Shown: piece by piece, positions 8,801 to 17,085 of the stretch
Layout: each line of letters begins with the position of its first letter
Position numbering within the stretch: position 1 is the first letter of the stretch
Origin: Minisyncoccota bacterium
Lineage (GTDB): Bacteria; Patescibacteriota; Minisyncoccia; Phycocordibacterales; XYD1-FULL-46-19
DNA length: 30,544 nt
Direction of reading: 5' to 3'
Assembly: GCA_041649195.1 (NCBI GenBank)
Contig: JBAZNO010000001.1
Coordinates: 1-30,544 of the forward strand
Position numbers and translations under genes: made by a program
The notes under the pieces: model-generated
Databases searched by the model: none
What the model was told of the DNA's origin: nothing
The model's input: only the letters and a program-made list of their open reading frames with translations

Positions 8801-9375
8801 GTTTGGCAAGACGGGCACCAATTAATTGGCTCCCACGATTCGTAAGCTAGGCCTTTTTTAAAAAGTTGAAGAAAGGCCCATTGCGTCCATTTATAATATT
8901 TGGGGTCGGTGGTATTAATTTCGCGTGACCAATCATAATCAAAACCGATTTTCTCTAATTGCGATTTAAAAACCTTAATATTTTTTTTAACGGCCACTTC
9001 AGGATTAACCTTATTTTTAATGGCATAATTTTCGGCCGGTAAACCAAAGGCGTCCCAACCCATGGGGTGCAAAACATTGAAGCCGTTCATGCGTTTAAAA
9101 CGCGAATAAATATCGGTGGCGGTATAACCCTCAACATGGCCAACATGGAGCCCGTCGCCCGAAGGGTATGGGAACATGTCTAAAATATAGGCCTTGGGCT
9201 TGCCTTTAGAATCGGTAGTTTTATAAGTTTTTTTAGCTCGCCAAACTTTCTGCCACTTAGATTCAATCTTAGCATGATCATACTTGCTTGCTTGCCCATC
9301 CGTAGCTTTGGCGGAGGAGGGCCACTTTTTCTCAATCTTTAAGTGATCGTACTTATCAATTTTTTTAGTCGCCAT
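5827..9375 (-). CDS. leuS: Leucyl-tRNA synthetase with inserted alpha/beta-hydrolase and Nudix domains
   Basis: MFPYPSG.GLHVGH, HPMGWDAFGLPAEN, FTTRPDTLFG, GTGAIMAVPAHD.RD, RDW.FSRQRYWGEPIP, GG.EHA..HL.Y.RF, KMSKRWGN, VVQINGKVR; 1182 aa. Confidence 0.97.
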   Translation of the reverse strand: MATKKIDKYDHLKIEKKWPSSAKATDGQASKYDHAKIESKWQKVWRAKKTYKTTDSKGKPKAYILDMFPYPSGDGLHVGHVEGYTATDIYSRFKRMNGFNVLHPMGWDAFGLPAENYAIKNKVNPEVAVKKNIKVFKSQLEKIGFDYDWSREINTTDPKYYKWTQWAFLQLFKKGLAYESWEPINWCPSCQTGLANEDLEDGKCERCGSEVIKKPMRQWVLKITNYAERLLKDLDGLNWPESIKESQRNWIGKSEGAEISFPLKTKYKYVLLHGWRSNSKSCFIPWLKRELEAQGHEVISFDLPHPYVPDVVEQADYVLSKVKFDANTILVGHSLGSVVSYRILEKLSTPIHKLILVAGLIEPKFRDKERLAAKYLMSWKFDTNKIKENVKEIVILEDDNDSLIPDGESKIIQQSLGGKTHRLKAEKSHFCGTVEPLVLEHCLDQVKVFTTRPDTLFGATYLVLAPEHKLINDLAENITNLKAIKDYAALAGKRSEIERTAEGKEKTGVEVKGIKAINPTNKEEIPIFVADYVLPDYGTGAIMAVPAHDDRDWQFAKKFKLPIKEVIIPERIDKRNPPVAGKEKIERKNVQVIVRNPKTGKILCLHSHKYNWVTFPMGGVSEGEDLLTAAKREVLEETGYQNLKNGQVLGGQVRAEYFANHKNVNRVSFTNLVQFDLVDDQQSEIPEGEKEAQNEILWVKPEELTTEFMVHAEMDVWLERIKKGVDGPYIGEGILINSEQFTGLDNEKAKKAITKFARGQQIIKYKLRDWVFSRQRYWGEPIPIIHCDKCGSAGSPRAVPVPEKDLPVKLPKVKSYAPTGTGESPLADIKTWVNIKCPVCKGPAKRETNTMPQWAGSSWYFLRFIDPKNSKSIADIKKLDYWLGAGLPRSESSSRDSATGVDMYVGGTEHATRHLIYARFWHKFLQDIGVVNYPEPFAQLKNQGLILGEDNRKMSKRWGNVINPDDMVRLYGADTLRLYEMFMGPFELSKAWSTNNLMGSRRFVEKIWRLAGKVAPVRSRISQDEKRLLTGGDYLLHKTIKQVTDDINRFNFNTAVSALMILSNDWEKLDQIPVEDFKIFLKLLAPLAPHVAEELWHNLGETKSIHLSAWPVADPQKLISSEVKIVVQINGKVRATLNLPAGQSEESVVKLALTNPLVAKWLAEGKYKKAIYIKDKLLNFVV
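6282..6332. repeat. 51-bp in-frame palindromic insertion in leuS
   Basis: CACCGGTG-A-GAAGTCG...TTCG-TCCTG-CGAA...CGACTTC-G-CACCGGTG; peptide APVRSRISQDEKRLLTG. Confidence 0.8.
6675..6714. repeat. Palindromic insertion in leuS
   Basis: CCCC-A-GTAGC-A-GAATC...GATTC-GCTAC-GGGG; peptide LPRSESSSRDSATG just before the DMYVGG motif. Confidence 0.7.
6983..7005 (-). repeat. Family A mini-element in leuS
   Basis: Minus strand GGTTCGGCAGGCTCACCACGAGC; peptide GSAGSPRA between C..CG and VPVP. Confidence 0.7.
9290..9322 (-). repeat. Family B mini-element in the leuS N-terminus
   Basis: Minus strand CCCTCCTCCGCCAAAGCTACGGATGGGCAAGC; peptide PSSAKATDGQA; similar to 28441-28471. Confidence 0.75.
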
Positions 9376-9383
9376 TGCGTTTC

Positions 9384-9411
9384 ATCATAACACGAACCAA
9401 AAAGATTTCAA
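9384..9411 (-). promoter_or_regulatory. Near-leaderless leuS promoter
   Basis: TTGAAA, 16 bp, TATGAT with an extended TG, then 8 nt to the ATG; no SD. Confidence 0.55.
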
Positions 9412-9439
9412 TTTGACATCGATGGGTTTGAATTTTATG

Positions 9440-9475
9440 AAAAAGAAAAAGCTGTTTGGGTGCGCAAACAGCTTT
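9440..9475 (-). terminator. Intrinsic terminator downstream of the candidate ncRNA
   Basis: Minus strand AAAGCTGTTTG-CGCACC-CAAACAGCTTT followed by TTCTTTTT. Confidence 0.8.
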
Positions 9476-9482
9476 CCACTGC

Positions 9483-9745
9483 AATACTTGAGCCCAGCCA
9501 GACCCTGGGATCCGGGAATTCGGCCCTGAGTACCTCTTCCGATGCCCATTTGAGGGAACAACTCACACCGTTGCCAAAACCAAGCAGGGCTTGGCTAAAA
9601 GAGACGCCCTCTTCCCGTTGGAGGCCATGACCCACAGCAGAGCTTTGAAGACTTAAAGACTGCCATCATTGGTGGGGAGCATCTTTGCTGGGAGCGCTAA
9701 AACCGAGATTTTCACTCATCCCACTATTGCTTCTTCTCAAGTATC
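9483..9745 (-). ncRNA. Candidate structured ncRNA of unknown family (~263 nt)
   Basis: Perfect 9-bp closing stem ATACTTGAG/CTCAAGTAT, several internal hairpins, ~54% GC (hand count 9481-9720) between AT-rich flanks, terminator immediately 3'. Strand inferred from the terminator. Confidence 0.5.
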
Positions 9746-9815
9746 CTGCTTGATAAAAGCACGAAAAAGTCATTTTGTCTAGGAAAAATGATGTTTTATT
9801 AATTATAACACCTCT

Positions 9816-10490
9816 TTAGTTTTTTTCGATGCCGATGATTTGGCCGTCGTCGATGCGGACGATTTTTTGAGCCATTTTGCCATAAGGTTCTTCGTGGGTC
9901 ACCATGATAATCGTTTGGCCAGCGGCGTGAAGCTCGGTAAAAATTTTCATCACGGCGCGTGAGGATTCGTTATCAAGATTGGCGGTGGGCTCGTCGGCAA
10001 ATAAAATATTTGGCTGGTGGGCAATGGCCCGAGCGATGCTGGCCCGTTGTTGCTCCCCGCCTGAGAGTTGACTCGGCAATTGGTGGAGATGATTAACTAA
10101 ACCCACTTTAGATAAGGATTCGAACGATAATTCGTAAGCCTTACTTTTTTCGACCCCCTGCATCAAGAGGGGTAAAACGACATTTTCGAGAGCGGTTAAT
10201 TCGGGGATTAAAGCGTAATCTTGAAAGACGTAACCTAATTTTTCGAGTCGAAATTTAGTTTTTTCTTCAGCGGTCATCTTGTGGGTGTCGTTACCATCGA
10301 TAATAATTTCGCCGGCGGTTGGTTCGTCAAGCAAGCTCATTTGATACATTAAGGTACTCTTGCCGGCGCCCGAACGACCCATAATGGCAATAAATTCGCC
10401 GGTTTCTACCTTCAAATCAATCCCCTTGAGAACCTTGGTCTCAATGTTGCCGGTGAAGAAGGAGCGTTGTAATTTTTTGGTTTCAATCAT
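9816..10490 (-). CDS. ABC transporter ATP-binding protein, LolD/MacB type
   Basis: GRSGAGKST, LGYVFQ, LSGGEQQR, ILFADEPTANLD, MVTHE. Confidence 0.92.
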   Translation of the reverse strand: MIETKKLQRSFFTGNIETKVLKGIDLKVETGEFIAIMGRSGAGKSTLMYQMSLLDEPTAGEIIIDGNDTHKMTAEEKTKFRLEKLGYVFQDYALIPELTALENVVLPLLMQGVEKSKAYELSFESLSKVGLVNHLHQLPSQLSGGEQQRASIARAIAHQPNILFADEPTANLDNESSRAVMKIFTELHAAGQTIIMVTHEEPYGKMAQKIVRIDDGQIIGIEKN

Positions 10491-10492
10491 AA

Positions 10493-11752
10493 TTAATTGC
10501 GACCCAAGATCGAGTCGAGGGTATTTTTACGAACAATCATGCGGGCCGGCACGTAACCAGCAATTACGGTCGAAATAATTAAGAGAGCAATTCGAAAGAG
10601 GGTTGAGGAGATGGGGGCCACTAAAATGCCGTCACTGAAGGGAAAGTCGATCGGATGAGCGGCAATAAACGGTTGAAGAACGGCGTAAACGAGCAACAGG
10701 CCAATAATTGAGCCGGTAATGGCATAAAAGAAAGATTGCATCACATAGGAGACCTCAATCGCTTCGCCCGAGATGCCAATCCCCTTCAAAATGCCAATAA
10801 ATTTGCGACGGGTGATGGCATTAATGAAGATGACAATAAAAATGGTAATGGCAGCGACCACTAAGCCAATGGAACTAAAGATATCACCCAAAATCGCAAA
10901 AGTTTGGATCATGTCTTTAATAAATTTTGGCTCGGCGTCGGTAAAAGTTTGGACTTTGGCCACTTGGCCAACGCCTTGCACCAAGAGATCATCACGTACC
11001 CTCACCGGGTCATTGCCCGGTTTTAATTTAATGGAAATTTCGTTGACATTATAATCAGTTCGGCCAACGAGATTGCGAAATTGCGAATCCACCATAAAAA
11101 CGCGCATATTAATTTCGTCCAATTTGCTTTTGATAATACCCTTAACGGTTACTTCGCGCTGAACTCCGCCCACATTGATGCGGATTTTTGTTCCCGGTCG
11201 CACGTCGCTACTTAAAGTCGAGAAGCCTGGGCTATCCACTGGCATATAACGCTTGAGGAGATAAGAACCGACAACGACCTGGTCATAATCAAGCGGGGTC
11301 AAAAATGATCCTTCAACAATAAAACGAGAGATGTCGGCCACCTTATCTTCAGCGATGGGGTCAATTCCGGCAAATGAAGCCGAGGCCATGTCAGTTTTGT
11401 CGGTGGTTTTTACTTGCGCCTTATAATTGGCCTCAACCGTTCCCGCTTTTAAATAACGGGCACTAAAACTATCAATGCGCGAATCTTTTTTTAAAATTTC
11501 AATTACGGCCGGACTATTCTCAATATAATTTTTGCTTGTCGGGGTAGAAATAATGACATCACTGATATAGTGAGTCCGAACAGCGTCAACGGCACCCTGA
11601 ATTAGTCCGACCAAGATTCCCGAAACCACAACGAGGTTCAAAAAGGTCAGCACCATCACAAAGGTGATTAAAACATTAGTCCAAATACTTGATCGCCTAA
11701 TCTGCCGTACGGCCAAGAAAAAACCGATCCGATAATTGAGCAAGGAAAACAT
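10493..11752 (-). CDS. ABC transporter permease, MacB/FtsX family
   Basis: One N-terminal TM, a large extracytoplasmic domain, three C-terminal TMs; RRKFIGILKGIG, VPAR motif. Confidence 0.88.
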   Translation of the reverse strand: MFSLLNYRIGFFLAVRQIRRSSIWTNVLITFVMVLTFLNLVVVSGILVGLIQGAVDAVRTHYISDVIISTPTSKNYIENSPAVIEILKKDSRIDSFSARYLKAGTVEANYKAQVKTTDKTDMASASFAGIDPIAEDKVADISRFIVEGSFLTPLDYDQVVVGSYLLKRYMPVDSPGFSTLSSDVRPGTKIRINVGGVQREVTVKGIIKSKLDEINMRVFMVDSQFRNLVGRTDYNVNEISIKLKPGNDPVRVRDDLLVQGVGQVAKVQTFTDAEPKFIKDMIQTFAILGDIFSSIGLVVAAITIFIVIFINAITRRKFIGILKGIGISGEAIEVSYVMQSFFYAITGSIIGLLLVYAVLQPFIAAHPIDFPFSDGILVAPISSTLFRIALLIISTVIAGYVPARMIVRKNTLDSILGRN

Positions 11753-11753
11753 A

Positions 11754-13199
11754 TTATTTACTTTGCTGTTTGAGAACTATTTGATCACCCGGTCTTAGAC
11801 CGGTAAGAACCTCGGTTTGACCAAGAAAGCCGATTTGCCCTGTAGTAATTTCAACTTCGGACGTTTGATTATTGGCGATGAGGCTAACGAATTTTTTGCC
11901 ATTTTTTTCAGTAATGGCACTAGCGGGAATAGAAATAACGCCTGGTTTTTTTAGGGCGGTGACAAGGAGGTTGGCGGTCATCCCTGGTTTGATCCGAGCG
12001 TCAACGGCCGAGAATTGTAATTTAACCTTATAGGTTGAAACGCCGTCGTGAATAGTTTCGGCCGGGTCAATCGAAATTACTTGGGCCGAGAAGGGTACAC
12101 TTGAGCCATAGGCATCGAGCGTCACTTCGGCAGGGTTGCCTACTTTTAAATTGGCAATATTAATTTCGGGCACAAAACTTTCGATTTGAAAAAGCCCCGA
12201 GCTAATCATTGACACACTGGCTTGCCCGGCGATGGCTTGTTCGCCAGTTTTGATATCTAACCGCGTAATTGTCCCGGTGATGGGAGCACGAAGAAAATAA
12301 TCGGCATAATCATGCTCTTTTTGAGCGACCGTTAGCCTTTGAGACTCAATATTGAGAGTAGAATCTTTTAGAGAATTACGACTATCGCTAAGCGTGGCAA
12401 GCATGCTACTAGTGGTTACGCGCCAACTGGCAATATCGCTCTTGTCTGTTTCTAACTCAGTCGATCGGCTACTGCTGTCTGTTTGATTATAAACAAAAGA
12501 AACAAAAGTGTTCACGTCGTTTATCGCCTGGGATAAACTTTGAGCCAAAATATAAGTATCCTCGGTTAATTTAGAGATGGCTATTTTAGAAAAAGGCCTA
12601 GTTAAATTTCGATAATTAGCCAAATTTAGATCATAAGAATCTCTGGCTTTATAAAAACTACTTTGGGCCGTTCTGAAATAATTACGAGCGGTATCGCTCG
12701 TGAGGTTATTTTTGTAGGTTGAGACCTGATAATTGTTAAGGATTAAATCCAATTTCTCAAAAATTGTCGACATATCCAGATAAGCTTTATCCACATTAGA
12801 TAAACTATTCTCGTAATCCTTGGTCAATTCACTTTGGTTGGACGCATTACTATTTTCGAGCATTTTTTTAAGGTCAATCTGGGCGCTTTCTAAAGCGAGC
12901 GAGGCTTCGCGCGAGTCGATCTCGGCAATTAATTGCCCCGCTCCCACTTGTTGACCGACAATAACGGGCACCTGCGCAATTTTACCACTTCGGCTGAAGC
13001 CTAATTCAACACTCGTCGCCGGTATCACTTTACCCGACACGGAGACGGTTTGGGTAAATTCGGCTGGTTGGATAGTTAGGGTTTCGGCCCGATTGCCGTT
13101 TTTATTAGACCAGAAAAAATAGCCCGCAATTAAAACAATTACAATAATGATAGCAATAATTACCCAATAACTTTTGGCTTTAACTAAAAAATTTTTCAT
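11754..13199 (-). CDS. Efflux membrane-fusion (adaptor) protein, MacA/HlyD family
   Basis: N-terminal TM; VSVSGKV.P..SVELGF..SG; LRAPITGTI; IKPGMTA; GL.PGD.IV. Start set at ATG 13199 (the upstream TTG overlaps a -10-like TAAATT). Confidence 0.85.
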   Translation of the reverse strand: MKNFLVKAKSYWVIIAIIIVIVLIAGYFFWSNKNGNRAETLTIQPAEFTQTVSVSGKVIPATSVELGFSRSGKIAQVPVIVGQQVGAGQLIAEIDSREASLALESAQIDLKKMLENSNASNQSELTKDYENSLSNVDKAYLDMSTIFEKLDLILNNYQVSTYKNNLTSDTARNYFRTAQSSFYKARDSYDLNLANYRNLTRPFSKIAISKLTEDTYILAQSLSQAINDVNTFVSFVYNQTDSSSRSTELETDKSDIASWRVTTSSMLATLSDSRNSLKDSTLNIESQRLTVAQKEHDYADYFLRAPITGTITRLDIKTGEQAIAGQASVSMISSGLFQIESFVPEINIANLKVGNPAEVTLDAYGSSVPFSAQVISIDPAETIHDGVSTYKVKLQFSAVDARIKPGMTANLLVTALKKPGVISIPASAITEKNGKKFVSLIANNQTSEVEITTGQIGFLGQTEVLTGLRPGDQIVLKQQSK

Positions 13200-13251
13200 A
13201 AGTTTATACAATTTAGCACATTTAGGGCTCCGAGCTCAAGTTGGTAGATGT

Positions 13252-13280
13252 AAAGAGCCCCGTCCTAATTGGCGGGGCCC
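13252..13280 (-). terminator. Terminator-like hairpin after the small basic ORF
   Basis: Minus strand GGGCCCCGC-CAATTAG-GACGGGGCTC-TTTA; the U-tract is short. Confidence 0.5.
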
Positions 13281-13295
13281 TAAATGAGTTGTCGT

Positions 13296-13448
13296 CTAGC
13301 AGAGTCTTTCGAGCCTCCTCTTGGCCAGAATCCTGCCAGATGGGATAGTGGTGTTTTTGCAGCTAGCCTGCCGAGCCGAGCGGCGGCGGACCTGCCTTAG
13401 TTTTCTGGGGTTTTTCTTAACCCTTTTCCCGAAGCGTTTCGACGACAT
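13296..13448 (-). CDS. Small highly basic protein (50 aa), below the ORF-track cutoff
   Basis: MSSKRFGKRVKKNPRKLRQVRRRSARQASCKNTTIPSGRILAKRRLERLC; SD GAAAGGAGG just upstream; promoter and terminator flank it. Confidence 0.6.
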   Translation of the reverse strand: MSSKRFGKRVKKNPRKLRQVRRRSARQASCKNTTIPSGRILAKRRLERLC

Positions 13449-13492
13449 TGGCTCCTCCTTTCAGGTTCATGGCCTTTGTTTTCTCCTCCCCT

Positions 13493-13521
13493 AAACTATC
13501 ACGAGATCTAGAATATTTCAA
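13493..13521 (-). promoter_or_regulatory. Sigma70-type promoter for the small basic ORF
   Basis: TTGAAA (13521-13516), 17 bp, TAGTTT (13498-13493) with an extended TG. Confidence 0.55.
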
Positions 13522-13524
13522 TCT

Positions 13525-14628
13525 TTAAATTTTGAATTCTACGACATCGCCATCTTGGACGACATATTCTTTACCTTCGGTGCGGACGAGGCCTTTATCG
13601 CGAGCGTTGCCGTAGGAACCGGCCGAGACAAGGTCTTGCCAATTAATCACTTCGGCCTTGATAAATTTGTCATAAAAGTCGGTATGGATGGCCGTGCCGG
13701 CTTCGGGTGCGGTCGAGCCTTTTTTAATTGTCCAAGCGCGGGTTTCATCGGTGCCGGTGGTTAAGAAGGTGATTAGGCCAAGCATCTGGTAACTCTCTTT
13801 AATCAAATCATTGATCCCGTCATCTTCAACACCCAATTCTTTTTTAAATTCGGCCTTGTCCCCAGCCTCTAATTCAGAGAGTTCGCCCTCGATTTTGGCG
13901 TCAACAATCACATAATTAGCATTAAGTTTTTTTAGATATTCAATCACTGGCGCCGTATCAACAATTTTGGCGCCAGCCTTTTTATTTAAAACATATAAAA
14001 TCGGCTTAGCCGAAAGTAGGTGTAAATTTTTAATAACATCCTTAAATACTGGAGTTTGTAAGGATGGTTTATTTGTGTTGTAAAGGGCAGAATAAATTAA
14101 TTGGCCGGCTTGAAGAATTTTTTGTAATTCTAACAAAACTTCATTCTCAACCACGGCCTCCTTATCTCCCCTTTTAACATCGTGAGCTAGATTAGCGATT
14201 CGTTTACTCACCGTTTGCTCGTCGGCTAAGATTAGCTCAAGATTGATTGTCTCGATATCATCAATCGGGTCAATTCTATTTGAGACATGAGTAACGTTGC
14301 CGTCTTCGTAAATTCGCACCACCTCGGCGATAGCATCAACTTCGCGAATATGCGATAAAAATTTATTACCCAAACCTTCTCCCGTCGAAGCGCCCTTAAC
14401 CAAGCCGGCAATATCGACAAATTCGATGGCGGCAGGGATCTTTTTCGCTGATTTAGAAAAATTATTTAAAATCTCCACACGTTCATCCGGCACAGCGACA
14501 ATCCCGACCGATGGATCAATCGTGCAAAACGGATAATTCTCGGCCGGCACACCCTTTTGCGTGAGCGCGTTAAAAAGCGTCGATTTCCCGACGTTTGGTA
14601 AGCCTACGATGCCAATACTTAAACCCAT
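13525..14628 (-). CDS. ychF: Redox-regulated ATPase YchF
   Basis: [66 protein letters not shown]. Confidence 0.97.
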   Translation of the reverse strand: MGLSIGIVGLPNVGKSTLFNALTQKGVPAENYPFCTIDPSVGIVAVPDERVEILNNFSKSAKKIPAAIEFVDIAGLVKGASTGEGLGNKFLSHIREVDAIAEVVRIYEDGNVTHVSNRIDPIDDIETINLELILADEQTVSKRIANLAHDVKRGDKEAVVENEVLLELQKILQAGQLIYSALYNTNKPSLQTPVFKDVIKNLHLLSAKPILYVLNKKAGAKIVDTAPVIEYLKKLNANYVIVDAKIEGELSELEAGDKAEFKKELGVEDDGINDLIKESYQMLGLITFLTTGTDETRAWTIKKGSTAPEAGTAIHTDFYDKFIKAEVINWQDLVSAGSYGNARDKGLVRTEGKEYVVQDGDVVEFKI

Positions 14629-14664
14629 AAAAGAGAGTTTAACCTAAAAACAACAAAAAAGGAA

Positions 14665-15669
14665 TCACGGCAAAATGATTGGGGTGTCGTTTTGGATTTG
14701 TTTAAGTATCAGCGGCCGCTGATAGGTACCGTCAGATTTGAATTTGCCAGAATTCAAGAGGCCCTTTTTAATACACCCATAATCATAGTTGCAAACCTTG
14801 ATTTGGGCGACAAGGAGTTGCGTGGCCTGTTTAGATAAGCCATAAACAGCGCTTTCGCCCTCAGGAAGATCTCCCGGAAAAGAGTAAATGACCCCGGGTA
14901 CCAATTTGCGAATCGCTGGCAATTCGACAACGTAGGTACCAAAAACGGGGGCATTAACTTGTTGCTGTTTCAATTTTGGCACACCGTTAGCAAAAAACCA
15001 GGAAACATCAGGAGCATAAATAGCATCAGCCTTGGCTGCCTTAATCTTGGTGATAATTGGGGCAACATCAGCATTAACGTCGTTTATGACTTCGTCGGTG
15101 ACAATTTTCCCTTTGAAATTAGCCCGAAAACTGTCGGCGTGAGTTTTTGAAAAGGCGTTGCCATAACTAACTAAAGCCACTTTTTTGAGGCCTCGTTCGA
15201 ATATCTTGTCGGCAATAAACTTTGACTCCTCTTCTAAAGAATACTGGGTGTTTAAGAAATTATCTCCGCTTTGAGCAAAAAGGTCGGCGGATGCTGCAGC
15301 GGGGACAATTGCTAAAACATTTTGGCTCTTCAGTAGCGGAACAATTGCTTCTTGCGGCCCGCCGCAGGCTGGGCCAATTACCAACTTAATATTTTGGAAT
15401 TCGGTTAGTTTTTTGAAGGCAGAAACCGCTTCTTTGGGGTCGCATTTGTCATCTTCAAAAATAACTTTGATCGTACTGCTCCCGAGACCATCAATCACTC
15501 CTTTACGAATTTCCTCCCCATAGTCGGCCACGGGTCCAGTTAGGGGCGCAATGACTCCGATTTTAATATCCTCTTCCTTTGGGACTGATTTTGAATTTTG
15601 AAACCAAAAACAAAGTGTGATTGCGACAATTATTATCAAGATAATGATAACGTAGAGATATTTTTTCAT
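14665..15669 (-). CDS. Membrane-anchored LivJ-like (branched-chain amino acid type) solute-binding protein
   Basis: TM anchor; IKIGVIAPLTGPVA.YG; EDDKCDPKEAVSAFKKL; VIGPAC. Confidence 0.8.
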   Translation of the reverse strand: MKKYLYVIIILIIIVAITLCFWFQNSKSVPKEEDIKIGVIAPLTGPVADYGEEIRKGVIDGLGSSTIKVIFEDDKCDPKEAVSAFKKLTEFQNIKLVIGPACGGPQEAIVPLLKSQNVLAIVPAAASADLFAQSGDNFLNTQYSLEEESKFIADKIFERGLKKVALVSYGNAFSKTHADSFRANFKGKIVTDEVINDVNADVAPIITKIKAAKADAIYAPDVSWFFANGVPKLKQQQVNAPVFGTYVVELPAIRKLVPGVIYSFPGDLPEGESAVYGLSKQATQLLVAQIKVCNYDYGCIKKGLLNSGKFKSDGTYQRPLILKQIQNDTPIILP

Positions 15670-15673
15670 ACAA

Positions 15674-15904
15674 TTAAGATTTCTCGCTCAAAATTTTGGC
15701 TAATTCGGGGCCGTGTTTGGTGGCGATGGCCATCGCTGCTTCTTCATAGCTCAAATGATCTTTTTTTACCTTATCTTCAATCTCTTGCCCCAATCGCTGA
15801 AAAAGTCCGGGGTTACTTTTAACCACCTTCATCATCGCGTCGAGCTCTGGGCCTTTTACGCCCATCCCCTTCAATTGTCGTTTTACAAAAAATTCTTTAA
15901 ACAT
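15674..15904 (-). CDS. Small helical hypothetical protein (76 aa)
   Basis: ATG at 15904 overlaps the upstream stop (TAATG coupling); MFKEFFVKRQLKGMG...; resembles small conserved CPR proteins, from memory. Confidence 0.7.
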   Translation of the reverse strand: MFKEFFVKRQLKGMGVKGPELDAMMKVVKSNPGLFQRLGQEIEDKVKKDHLSYEEAAMAIATKHGPELAKILSEKS

Positions 15905-16920
15905 TACTCCAAGACGATTTTGGGTAGATATCCTCTTCGGCGACCGATAATCCAAATAATTACAACGAGGATAATGATGATAATAATTGGAGAGATCGGC
16001 GAATAAATTTTGACTAATTGCCACCAGCTAACCCAAACAACTGACACAGTGCCATTAACCGTCTCAATATTCTCGGCAAATTGCGTGTCCTGTTTATTAA
16101 CGTTTGTTAAATTATTATTAGCGTTGGCGGTCAGTCTTTCTAGATTTTGACTTTGAACAGCGTAATTGCTATTTTCGGTGTTTAATCTTTGCTTTTGCGT
16201 CCCCTCCTGCCCAATAAGAGAAGTTTCCTGTTCTCTCAGCAAAACAATGACTGAAGAATCAGTTTCCTCAGAGAGAGTGGCCCGGACATCAGCCAATTCT
16301 GTTCGAATGCGGGTTAATTCTTTGCTAATCGAGTTAACACTTTGTGTATGCTTAGTGATAAGGTCTTGCTTTTGTTTACTCAGCGTTTCCAAGTTAGTTA
16401 GAACGTTTTCGGTTTGATTTTCAATTCTTTGTTTTTGGCTAAGAAGATTTTGCGACGAAATGCTCTCCACATATAATTTAGCATAATCTAGCCCCTCAAT
16501 TTCAGATCGTAATTCTTCGAATTTGCTTTTAGCAACGACAAAAGTAAGACTACCCCTTTTTTCAGAACTGTAGAAATTATCAACTCTTCCGTCGGCCCCT
16601 TTAACAGCGTTACGCACATCCTTGATCTTTTCGGCGACATTTCGCGTTTTAATCGTGGCCGAATAGCTGGTCTTTAAAAATTCTCGAGTATCGGCAATTG
16701 AAGATTTTTGTTCACCATAATAATCGGAGGGAGCAATTGAAGTAGTGACTAATGAGCCACCATCCAATGCCGTCGGGGCATTACCAATGTCAAAGCTGGC
16801 CCTATTTCGAGCCGACGACATAGATGATAAAACTATCCACCCTAAAATTATCACTATGACAATGATCACGGCCAAAACTACCAACTTTCGACGCGAAATT
16901 CTTATTACTTTTTCGTCCAT
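15904..16920 (-). CDS. DUF4349-like membrane protein with a long coiled coil
   Basis: N- and C-terminal TMs; G.LTFVVAKSKFEE; VESISSQN followed by a long heptad region. Confidence 0.6.
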   Translation of the reverse strand: MDEKVIRISRRKLVVLAVIIVIVIILGWIVLSSMSSARNRASFDIGNAPTALDGGSLVTTSIAPSDYYGEQKSSIADTREFLKTSYSATIKTRNVAEKIKDVRNAVKGADGRVDNFYSSEKRGSLTFVVAKSKFEELRSEIEGLDYAKLYVESISSQNLLSQKQRIENQTENVLTNLETLSKQKQDLITKHTQSVNSISKELTRIRTELADVRATLSEETDSSVIVLLREQETSLIGQEGTQKQRLNTENSNYAVQSQNLERLTANANNNLTNVNKQDTQFAENIETVNGTVSVVWVSWWQLVKIYSPISPIIIIIILVVIIWIIGRRRGYLPKIVLE

Positions 16921-16983
16921 AGGGTTTATATTATTTAATAATAACTTAGATATTATAACACTGAACTTGTTGACTCACCATTG

Positions 16984-17083
16984 TGGACCGTAGCGGACTC
17001 GGACCGCTTACCTCCTGCTTGCAAAGCAGGCGCTCCCCGCCCGACTGAACGATTTCAGTCGTTCGGGCGGGTACCAGATGAGC
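16984..17083 (-). pseudogene. tRNA-Ala(TGC) pseudogene: positions ~1-9 missing, 36-bp insertion in the D arm
   Basis: Minus strand GCTCATCTGGTA[insert]GAGCG-CCTGC-TTTGCAA-GCAGG-AGGTA-AGCGG-TCCGAGT-CCGCT-ACGGTCCA; the T-loop reads TCCGA instead of TTCGA. Confidence 0.85.
17036..17071. repeat. 36-bp palindromic insertion in the tRNA pseudogene
   Basis: CCCGCCCGA...TCGGGCGGG 9-bp arms with an inner GACTGAA-CGAT-TTCAGTC hairpin. Confidence 0.85.
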
Positions 17084-17085
17084 GG

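Noticed and set aside
9435-9635. 66-aa ORF in the leuS upstream region
   Set aside because: No SD or coding character; it runs through the candidate RNA and the terminator.
9520-9700. Lysine or cobalamin riboswitch resemblance (GGAGCGCTA on +; GTGAAAATC and GGGAAG on -)
   Set aside because: Only isolated motifs match; the other conserved blocks are missing and the + strand has no downstream gene.
9435-9760. T-box riboswitch for leuS
   Set aside because: Size and position fit, but the UGGNACC bulge reads UGGAAAG with no room for helix A2, no AG box is seen, and leuS has its own promoter downstream of the terminator.
16926-16943. TTATATTA-TT-TAATATAA palindrome upstream of the DUF4349-like gene
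   Set aside because: Pure A/T in an AT-rich promoter; easily explained by chance.
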